Notes under the pieces: model-generated
The model's input: the letters and a program-made list of their open reading frames with translations, nothing else
What the model was told of the DNA's origin: nothing
Databases searched by the model: none
Made by a program: the position numbers and the translations under genes
Source of the DNA: an uncultured Kofleriaceae bacterium
GTDB taxonomy: Bacteria; Myxococcota_A; Polyangia; HGW-17
Length of the DNA stretch: 64,000 nucleotides
Direction: 5' to 3'
Assembly (NCBI GenBank): GCA_964618145.1
Contig: CAZTZR010000007.1
Span: 2,010-66,009, forward strand
Part shown: positions 56,994 through 64,000 of the stretch, piece by piece
Numbering within the stretch: position 1 is the stretch's first letter
Layout of the letters: every line of letters starts with the position of its first letter

Positions 56994-58051
56994 TGGGACG
57001 AAAACCGCACCGGGATCCGCAGGATCCCCTCAACGTCGAGGAACTTGCCGGGGAAACACAGGAGATCCGGATCCGTCCCCAGCGGTTCAGCGAGTTCGTG
57101 GGGCAGCAACAGCACATCGAAAACCTGCGGGTGTATGTCCAGGCGGCCCGCACCCGGAAATCCGCAGTGGACCACATCCTTTTTTCGGGTCCTCCCGGAT
57201 TGGGCAAGACCACCCTTTCCCAGATCATCGCAGCGGAAATGGGAACAGCCATTCACCGGACTTCCGGTCCCGCTGTGGAGCACAAGGGGGTTCTGGCCGG
57301 ACTTCTGACCAATCTCCAGAAGGGGGATGTGCTCTTTATTGACGAACTGCACCGGTTGCCCAAGGTGGTGCAGGAATCCCTGTACTCTGCCATGGAAGAT
57401 TTCGAACTTGAGGTGCTCATTGGCGAAGGGGCTCACGCAGAGGCCATCACCATCCAGATCCAGCCTTTCACGCTGGTGGGAGCCACAACCCGCTCCGGAC
57501 TCCTTACAGCACCCTTGCGTACCCGCTTCGGCATTCCCATCCGCCTGGATTTCTACAGCCCGGAGGATCTTGCGGAGATCGTCATTCGCTCTGCAGCCAG
57601 GCAGGCGATCCCCATTTTGCCGGAAGGTGCGGGGGAAATCGGCAGGCGATCCCGTGGAACTCCGCGAATTGCAAACCGTCTGCTGGCACGGGTGCGTGAT
57701 TTTGCGTTGGTTTCCGGTGTGGAGGTCATTGACCGGTCCATGGCGTCCGGCGCCCTGTCCAGGCTGGAAGTGGACGAGGCAGGGCTGGATCCGACGGACC
57801 GCACCTATCTTCAGCTGATTATCGAACGGTTCGACGGTGGCCCGGTGGGAATCGAAGCCCTGGCAGCTGCCATGGGGGAGGAGCGGGATACCCTGGAGGA
57901 AGTCTGTGAACCATACCTGCTACAACAGGGGTACATCCAGCGTACGCCCAAGGGCCGGGTGGCTTCCAGGCTGGCGTTTTCCCACCTGGGTTTTGCCTTG
58001 CCCACCCAGGTTTCCACCCCCTCCCTTTTTCCTGACTTTGAAGAAACCTGA
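56990..58051 (+). CDS. ruvB: Holliday junction ATP-dependent helicase RuvB.
   Basis: Walker A: LFSGPPGLGKTTL. Walker B: VLFIDELHRL. Sensor motifs and winged-helix C-terminus. Confidence 0.95.
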   Translation: MMGRKPHRDPQDPLNVEELAGETQEIRIRPQRFSEFVGQQQHIENLRVYVQAARTRKSAVDHILFSGPPGLGKTTLSQIIAAEMGTAIHRTSGPAVEHKGVLAGLLTNLQKGDVLFIDELHRLPKVVQESLYSAMEDFELEVLIGEGAHAEAITIQIQPFTLVGATTRSGLLTAPLRTRFGIPIRLDFYSPEDLAEIVIRSAARQAIPILPEGAGEIGRRSRGTPRIANRLLARVRDFALVSGVEVIDRSMASGALSRLEVDEAGLDPTDRTYLQLIIERFDGGPVGIEALAAAMGEERDTLEEVCEPYLLQQGYIQRTPKGRVASRLAFSHLGFALPTQVSTPSLFPDFEET

Positions 58052-58177
58052 ATTGGCTCGGGCGTAGTGTAAATTTTGATGATGGTGGACTTGCCAAGGG
58101 GAAGCCGGTATGATACACCACTTCGTGCTCCGGGGCACCGGTAACGGGGCTTCGTGCCTGAAGGATAAGGTTCTTTC

Positions 58178-59218
58178 ATGTTCAATTGGCTCTATAGCCT
58201 TTTTTCAAATGATCTCGCCATTGATTTGGGAACGGCCACGACCCTGACCTTTGTCAAGGGAAAGGGGATTGTCAGTCACGAGCCTTCCGTGGTGGCCGTG
58301 CAAAGGCTTCCCCACGGAGGCAAGCGCATTCTCGCGGTGGGCAAGGCTGCCAAGGAGATGCTGGGGCGGACCCCCGGAAACATCCAGGCCGTGCGACCGC
58401 TGAAGGATGGCGTCATTGCCGATTTTGACGTGACGGAGGCCATGCTCCGGTATTTCATCGGACAGGCCCACCAGCACCGTACCCTTGTGAAACCGCGCAT
58501 CATCATCTGTGTTCCCGTGAGTATTACCGATGTGGAAAAACGTGCCGTGCAGGACAGCGCCATGGCTGCAGGAGCCCGGGAAGTCTACTTGATCGAAGAA
58601 CCCATGGCCGCCGCCATCGGTGCGGGATTGCCCATCATGGAACCCTCCGGGAACATGATCGTGGATATCGGGGGCGGCACCACCGAGGTGGCGGTCATCT
58701 CCCTGTCGGGCATTGTACTGGCCAAAAGCCTGCGTGTGGGCGGAAACCGCCTGGATGAAGCCATCATCACCTACATGAAGCGGGAACACAACCTGCTTAT
58801 CGGGGAACAAACCGCAGAACAGATCAAGGTCCAGATCGGATGTGCCCATCCATTGGAAAAGGAACTGACCATGGAGGTGAGGGGGAGGGATCTGGTCGGG
58901 GGTATTCCCCGCTCCATGACAATCACCTCCGAGGAGATCCGCGCGGCGTTGTCCGAACCCCTGTCCGACATCATCGAAGCAGTCCGGGAAGTGCTGGAAC
59001 AGACGCCGCCGGAGTTGTCTTCCGACATCATCGCCCATGGCGTCGTCCTGACGGGCGGTGGGGCCCTCCTGCGGAATCTGGACAAACTGTTGCGGGCGGA
59101 GACAGGATTACCGGTTTCCGTGTCCGACAATCCGGAATATGCAGTGGTCCTGGGAACAGGCCGCGCACTTGAGGAGTTGCGGCTTCTCAAGGAAGTCACC
59201 CTTACCCGGGGTGGATAA
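58178..59218 (+). CDS. mreB: Rod-shape determining actin homolog MreB.
   Basis: [20 protein letters not shown]..., [16 protein letters not shown], canonical. Confidence 0.95.
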   Translation: MFNWLYSLFSNDLAIDLGTATTLTFVKGKGIVSHEPSVVAVQRLPHGGKRILAVGKAAKEMLGRTPGNIQAVRPLKDGVIADFDVTEAMLRYFIGQAHQHRTLVKPRIIICVPVSITDVEKRAVQDSAMAAGAREVYLIEEPMAAAIGAGLPIMEPSGNMIVDIGGGTTEVAVISLSGIVLAKSLRVGGNRLDEAIITYMKREHNLLIGEQTAEQIKVQIGCAHPLEKELTMEVRGRDLVGGIPRSMTITSEEIRAALSEPLSDIIEAVREVLEQTPPELSSDIIAHGVVLTGGGALLRNLDKLLRAETGLPVSVSDNPEYAVVLGTGRALEELRLLKEVTLTRGG

Positions 59219-59233
59219 GGTTCACGGGTTCTC

Positions 59234-60148
59234 ATGCTGCTGTCCCGCCGTGCCAAGGAAATCATCTTCAGTGTGTTGCTTCTGGCCATTCCGGTGGTTT
59301 TCCTGTTTGCCAACATCAAGGAGCCGGAACGGCTCAACGGGTTTGACCGTTTCATCCTGCGGCTTTCCTCCCCCATTCACCAGGCGAGCATGTTTGTGTA
59401 TCGTTGGGTGGACGGCATCTGGATGAACTATATTTACCTGGTGAACCTCAAGTCGGAAAACGACAGGCTCCGGGCGGAAAATGGCGTGCTCAAAGCCAAC
59501 AACAGCATTCTGGAAGTGTGGGCACAGCGGGGCAAGGAAGTGGAAAAACTGCTGGGGTTCAAGGAAGCCAGTTCGGCGGAAATGGTGGCGGCCCGGGTCA
59601 TCAGCAAGAGTTTTTCTCCCTATTACCGCGTCATGCGCCTGCGCATTGACCGGGGACTCAACGAAATCAAGCCGGATGATCCGGTGATCATCCCGGAAGG
59701 GGTGGTGGGAAAGGTGCACAAGGTGTACGGGGATTTCGCGGACATCCAGTTGGCCATCGACCCCCGGGTGAAAATTCCGGTGGTGGTCAAGCGGACGGGA
59801 ACAGAAGCACTGCTGGTGGGTACCGGCGATGAAAAGAAGTATACGGCACGGTTGACCTACCTGCGTCGGGAGGAGGAGATCCAGGAAGGGGACCTGGTGG
59901 TGACTTCGGGCATGGGAGGAGCCTCCGGGGTGCGGTATCCGGCGGATTTGCCAGTGGGAAGGATTGTCTCCATCCAGAAAAAGGACTTCGGAAAATTCCA
60001 GGATGCCATCGTGGAAGCCACGGTGGATTTCTCCCGCCTCGACAAGGTGCTGGTTGTTGTGACCCCGCCTCCGGCGACCGACCCGCAGACGACCCAGGAT
60101 CCGGAGTTGCTCAGGCAGCAGCCCCGGGTGGGCTTGCGGCCCTTCTAG
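59234..60148 (+). CDS. mreC: Rod-shape determining protein MreC.
   Basis: N-terminal TM helix, then the coiled-coil LKSENDRLRAENGVLKAN, then beta domains. Position after mreB. Confidence 0.85.
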   Translation: MLLSRRAKEIIFSVLLLAIPVVFLFANIKEPERLNGFDRFILRLSSPIHQASMFVYRWVDGIWMNYIYLVNLKSENDRLRAENGVLKANNSILEVWAQRGKEVEKLLGFKEASSAEMVAARVISKSFSPYYRVMRLRIDRGLNEIKPDDPVIIPEGVVGKVHKVYGDFADIQLAIDPRVKIPVVVKRTGTEALLVGTGDEKKYTARLTYLRREEEIQEGDLVVTSGMGGASGVRYPADLPVGRIVSIQKKDFGKFQDAIVEATVDFSRLDKVLVVVTPPPATDPQTTQDPELLRQQPRVGLRPF

Positions 60149-60155
60149 GAATCCC

Positions 60156-60677
60156 ATGAACCGTGTGACAGTGCTTTTCTGGTTCACCTTTGCGACCCTG
60201 CTGATTCAGCCTGTCCTGCTGTTCGCCGTTCCCTTCTTCTCCTTTACCATTCCGGAACTCGGACTCATTGCAGTGGTCTACTGCTCCCACGGTATTCGGG
60301 GAAACCTGTCCCGGGGTGCGGCAGCCTGCCTGGGAATCGGCTACCTGACAGACCTGTTTTCCGGAGCCCCCGTGGGCATGCATGCGCTTGTCTACGTGAT
60401 TGTGTATTTTCTGGTCCGGACTTTATCCGGGCGGATTTACGGGCGGGCCATCTGGGCACAGATGCTCCTCGGGGCCCTGGCTTCCGGGTTTTGCGGCCTG
60501 GTAATCATCGCGCTGGAACAATGGCTCAATCCCGTGGAACACAGTTGGGTCCTCTTGAACCGGGTTCCCAGGCAGATGCTGGTGACCGGACTTTTTGCGC
60601 CGGCATATTTCTATCTGTTGTGGCGCATGGACAGACTGGCCAGCTATGAGGTTTCGACCGAAGGGATCTTCCGATGA
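60156..60677 (+). CDS. mreD: Rod-shape determining protein MreD.
   Basis: 173-aa polytopic membrane protein. Position between mreC and PBP2. Confidence 0.8.
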   Translation: MNRVTVLFWFTFATLLIQPVLLFAVPFFSFTIPELGLIAVVYCSHGIRGNLSRGAAACLGIGYLTDLFSGAPVGMHALVYVIVYFLVRTLSGRIYGRAIWAQMLLGALASGFCGLVIIALEQWLNPVEHSWVLLNRVPRQMLVTGLFAPAYFYLLWRMDRLASYEVSTEGIFR

Positions 60678-62545
60678 GAAGGTTTGTCCTTTCCGATGAC
60701 AGTGAATTCGGTCGGAAATACCGCATTGCCTTTCTTTTTGTCGTGACGGTGTTCCTGATCCTCGTTTTCCGTCTGGTGCAACTCCAGATAGTGTACGGGA
60801 ACGAATACCGTGAACTAAGTCGCAGCAATTTCCTTCAGCGGGTTTTCCTGGAGGCTCCCCGGGGTCTGGTGATGGACAGGCACGGCACTGTTCTCGTGCA
60901 GAACCGGGTGTCTTTCAACGTCTTCATCACGCCCCGTTTTTTTTCGAAAAAGGCGTTTGCCACCTTGCAGTCACTCATCCAGATTCCCCAGCCGGACCTG
61001 GACTTCATCCAGTCCCGCATCATGCTGGCGGAGGGGAGACGACGGGAATTTTCCCTGCTTGCAATGAGGGACATCCCCAAGGAATGGGTGCTGATTCTGG
61101 AATCCAACCGGGATCAGTTGCCCGGTCTGGACATTTCCACCCAGGAAAAGCGCCTGTACCCGAATGGTCCCCTGGCCGCCCATGTGCTCGGTTTCGTTGG
61201 AGAAGTCAGTGCCGAGGACATTGCACGGGCACCCCTCATGGGGTATCGGGAACGGGACTGGATCGGGAAATCAGGCATCGAAAAGAAAATGGAAACCAGC
61301 CTGAGGGGGAAACGGGGCATGATTTGGCGGGTTCGCGATGCCCGGGGCAGGATCAAGACCGGAGAGGATGCACTGCGCTGGCTTCCCAGACCATTTCATA
61401 CGCCTCCTGAACCCGGTTACAATATCGTGACCACACTGGACGCGGATGTCCAGCGGGCCACTGAACAGGTCATGGCCCCCATCGAGGCGGGATCCGCAGT
61501 GCTCATGGAAGTCCATACCGGAAAAATCCTGTCGTATGTATCCAAGCCCGCATACGATCCGAATGAACTTTCCGGACGTCTGACTTCCGCAAGGGCTTCG
61601 GAGTTGTACAACCATCCCCTGCATCCCATGCTGGACAAGGTTGTGCAGGGAACCTACTTTCCGGGGTCCACATACAAGGTGGTTTCCGTGGTGGCCGCCC
61701 TTGAGGAAAACCTCGTGGAAACAGAGGAATACCACCTGTGCAAGGGCTGGTACGAATACGGACGGTCCAGCACCTTCCGCTGCACCCATTCCCATGGGCT
61801 CATGAACCTGGAAAGTTCCATCGTGTCCTCCTGCAACGTGTTTTTCTACATGCTTTCCGAGCGGGTCGGCATGGATCGCATGGCCAGATATGCCAGGCTG
61901 CTTGGATTCGGAACCATGCCCGGACTGGGAATCAATTATGAAAAGGCGGGCTTCATTCCCACCAAGCAATGGTATGCCCAGAAGTTCCAGGAGGGTTTCC
62001 GCATTGGCCACACCCTGAACTCCGGCATCGGTCAGGGAGACGTCAAGTCCAGCATCCTGCAGGTGGCCCAGGCCTATGCCGCCATCGCCAACCGGGGTTC
62101 CGTCATGGAACCCCAACTGGTGGATCGAATCACGGATTACCGGGGGGTGCTGGTTCGGGAAATGGCTCCCGTAGTAAAACGGAAACTGGATTTCAAGCCA
62201 CGGACATGGGATCTGCTGATCCGTGCCCTGGACGGAGTGGTGAACCATCCGGACGGAACGGCCTATCGCGCCCGCAATCCCCGCCTGCGCGTGGCGGGCA
62301 AGACGGGAACCGCCCAGGTACGGGCCATGCGGCGGGAACCCGGACAGGATCCCGAACAGAGTCGCTGGCGGAATCAGGACCATGCATGGTTCGTCGGATT
62401 CTCGCCGGTGGAGGACCCCGAAGTGGTGGTGGTGGTGCTGGTGGAACACGGCGGATTCGCCTCCCGGGTGTCCGTTGCACCTGCCATGGCGATCCTGGAT
62501 GATTATTTCAAGATTCAGGGAGCCCGGGCGGTCATGGCCCAGTGA
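60674..62545 (+). CDS. mrdA: Penicillin-binding protein 2 (elongasome transpeptidase).
   Basis: SXXK (GSTYKVV), SXN (SCN) and KTG (KTGTAQ) motifs. N-terminal TM helix. Dimerisation domain. Confidence 0.9.
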   Translation: MRRFVLSDDSEFGRKYRIAFLFVVTVFLILVFRLVQLQIVYGNEYRELSRSNFLQRVFLEAPRGLVMDRHGTVLVQNRVSFNVFITPRFFSKKAFATLQSLIQIPQPDLDFIQSRIMLAEGRRREFSLLAMRDIPKEWVLILESNRDQLPGLDISTQEKRLYPNGPLAAHVLGFVGEVSAEDIARAPLMGYRERDWIGKSGIEKKMETSLRGKRGMIWRVRDARGRIKTGEDALRWLPRPFHTPPEPGYNIVTTLDADVQRATEQVMAPIEAGSAVLMEVHTGKILSYVSKPAYDPNELSGRLTSARASELYNHPLHPMLDKVVQGTYFPGSTYKVVSVVAALEENLVETEEYHLCKGWYEYGRSSTFRCTHSHGLMNLESSIVSSCNVFFYMLSERVGMDRMARYARLLGFGTMPGLGINYEKAGFIPTKQWYAQKFQEGFRIGHTLNSGIGQGDVKSSILQVAQAYAAIANRGSVMEPQLVDRITDYRGVLVREMAPVVKRKLDFKPRTWDLLIRALDGVVNHPDGTAYRARNPRLRVAGKTGTAQVRAMRREPGQDPEQSRWRNQDHAWFVGFSPVEDPEVVVVVLVEHGGFASRVSVAPAMAILDDYFKIQGARAVMAQ

Positions 62546-62556
62546 TTGGTTGAACG

Positions 62557-63660
62557 ATGTTTGAACCCGAAGGCCGTTTTTATCTTCGAATCGACTGGAC
62601 GCTGCTTTTGCTCATCATGAGCATCACGGGCCTGGGACTTTTGAACCTGTACAGCACTTCCGCCACTTTCTCGGCACCGCTTTTCACCCAACAGATCTAC
62701 TGGATTTTTCTGGGTTTCAGTGCGTTCTTCATCACCGCCACCATTGATTACAGGGTCTATGACAAGGCGGCTACCTTCCTGTACATCCTCGGTATCGTGA
62801 GTCTGGTGCTGGTGCTGGTGCTGGGCCGGATCTTTTCGGGATCCCGCCGTTGGCTGAACATTGGCCCGCTGGTGATCCAGCCCTCGGAATTGATGAAAAT
62901 CATCATCATCCTGGTCATGGCCCATTATGTCAACTCCAGTCCTCCCAAGTCCGAGGAGGGCCGCACACTCCAGGATCTGTTTGTGCCTGCCGTGCTCGTG
63001 GGAATTCCGGGAATCCTCATTCTCATCCAGCCGGATCTGGGGACCATGCTGATCATCCTGCTGGTCTTCTTCTCCATCATGTTCCTGCTGAAACTGCGGC
63101 TCCGTTCCCTGCTCACACTGGCGGCATCCGCCATCATCCTTTTGCCGCTGACCTGGTCTTTCGTGCTGCAGGACTATCAGAAAAGCCGCATCCTGGTGTT
63201 TCTGGATCCGGCCAGCGATCCCACCGGAGAGGGATGGCACATTCGCCAGAGCATGTTTGCCATCGGGTCCGGGAAGGTAGTGGGCAAGGGATTCATGTCC
63301 GGCACCCAGAGCCAGTTCCAGTTCCTGCCGGCACAATGGAGTGATTTTCCCTTTGCGGTATGGGCAGAGGAATGGGGTTTTCTGGGCTCGGTTCTTCTGT
63401 GCTCCCTGTATTTCATCCTGATTGCCTGGGCCCTGCGGATGGCCGTCGTCACCCGGGACAGGTTCGCTTCCGTCATCTGCCTGGGGGTGGGTGCGTTGTT
63501 CTTCTGGCACACGATCATCAACATCGGCATGGTCATGGGGCTTTTGCCCATCGTGGGGGTCACCCTGCCATTGTTTTCCCACGGGGGTTCTTCCATGCTG
63601 ACCTTCATGATCGGCGCGGGGCTTCTCATGAGCGTCAGTTCAAGGCGGCACACCCTGTAA
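62557..63660 (+). CDS. rodA: Peptidoglycan glycosyltransferase RodA (SEDS family).
   Basis: FtsW/RodA/SpoVE polytopic topology with a conserved C-terminal region. Position after mrdA. Confidence 0.9.
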   Translation: MFEPEGRFYLRIDWTLLLLIMSITGLGLLNLYSTSATFSAPLFTQQIYWIFLGFSAFFITATIDYRVYDKAATFLYILGIVSLVLVLVLGRIFSGSRRWLNIGPLVIQPSELMKIIIILVMAHYVNSSPPKSEEGRTLQDLFVPAVLVGIPGILILIQPDLGTMLIILLVFFSIMFLLKLRLRSLLTLAASAIILLPLTWSFVLQDYQKSRILVFLDPASDPTGEGWHIRQSMFAIGSGKVVGKGFMSGTQSQFQFLPAQWSDFPFAVWAEEWGFLGSVLLCSLYFILIAWALRMAVVTRDRFASVICLGVGALFFWHTIINIGMVMGLLPIVGVTLPLFSHGGSSMLTFMIGAGLLMSVSSRRHTL

Positions 63661-63687
63661 TTCCGTCCGTAACTGCAGAGATCATGT

Positions 63688-63755
63688 TCGATGGGTCCGT
63701 CCTATGGTCAGGTGAATTTTTCCGGCCACGTTGTGGCCTCCATCGGTGAGCCCGC
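63688..63755. repeat. ~70-nt intergenic repeat (copy 2) containing the hairpin GGCCAC-GTT-GTGGCC.
   Basis: GGTCAGGTGAATTTTTCCGGCCACGTTGTGGCCTCCATCGGTGAGCCCGC at 63706-63755. Located just after the rodA stop. Confidence 0.7.
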
Positions 63756-63760
63756 AAGAG

Positions 63761-64000
63761 TGTCAGTGCGGTACAAAACGCAAGGTGGCCTTGTTGTCCT
63801 TGACCACCACCTGGATTTCCACGTCATCACAACCGTGGGCCTTTTTGACCCTGGGCAGTTGGGAAGCCACCGTGGCGATGAACCGCTCCGGCGTGATTCC
63901 CTCCAGGCTTTCCCCGGTGGAAAGCCTGGCCCGGACGAAACTTTCATAGGCTTTTTGCAGCGCGGGGTCGCTGGCACCGGAGGGTTTGGGCGTTTCCCTG
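63761..64000 (-). CDS. Partial CDS (C-terminal end only) of an unidentified protein running off the 3' edge.
   Basis: I translated the minus strand by hand. The open frame ...RETPKPSGASDPALQKAYESFVRARLSTGESLEGITPERFIATVASQLPRVKKAHGCDDVEIQVVVKDNKATLRFVPH ends at stop TGA (63763..63761). It is protein-like and not in the ORF track because it is open-ended. Confidence 0.4.

Noticed and set aside
55128-63582. Antisense ORFs across yebC, ruvAB, mreB, mreC, mrdA and rodA. Examples: 56213..57436, 58205..59038, 59222..60187, 61271..62449, 62515..63582.
   Set aside because: They overlap universally conserved, motif-confirmed housekeeping genes on the plus strand.
1-64000. Scan for CRISPR arrays, rRNA, integrases/transposases and toxin-antitoxin pairs
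   Set aside because: No regularly spaced direct repeats with unique spacers were seen. No rRNA-like segments. No transposase or integrase-like ORFs. The only tandem repeats are the coding PGM/PMPAPT repeats inside the FHA gene.

Overview
This is a high-GC chromosomal segment. Its content looks Myxococcota-like or deltaproteobacterial: many eukaryotic-like Ser/Thr kinases, FHA-domain proteins, a sigma-54 activator, and TPR/VWA-rich exported lipoproteins. Two blocks are conserved housekeeping genes: rplU-rpmA-obg (28.9-30.6 kb) and yebC-ruvCAB followed by mreBCD-mrdA-rodA (55.1-63.7 kb). Scattered single housekeeping genes are recA, nadA, a fused pyrB-pyrI, a NUDIX hydrolase, dCMP deaminase, lspA and one tRNA-Gly(CCC). 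Many long antisense ORFs in the six-frame track are high-GC artefacts and were not called.

The most interesting region is a tightly packed minus-strand operon at 19.8-28.8 kb. It runs Ser/Thr kinase -> CpaB -> TadB -> TadC -> FHA/TM protein -> FHA/TM/Pro-Gly-Met-repeat protein -> small macro-like protein. This is a Tad-like membrane platform wired to FHA/STK phospho-signalling, with no pilin, secretin or CpaF ATPase in the window. From memory it resembles the contact-dependent 'Kil' Tad-like killing clusters of Myxococcus.

Other notable loci are listed below.
- An orphan FliH/FliI-like type III secretion ATPase pair sits next to nadA.
- Two tandem paralogous ~1,350-1,400 aa FecR-like/VIT/VWA/TPR lipoproteins span 30.7-38.9 kb.
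- A cluster of exported TPR giants follows lspA (47.2-54.5 kb). It is preceded by a 402-aa protein that carries a possible RelA/SpoT-like nucleotidyltransferase motif.
- An FHA-GAF-sigma54 activator lies at 1.5-3.3 kb.
- The 851-aa FHA protein gene contains a recent ~183-bp in-frame tandem duplication.
- A ~70-nt intergenic repeat carrying a GGCCAC-GTT-GTGGCC hairpin occurs twice (18.2 kb and 63.7 kb).
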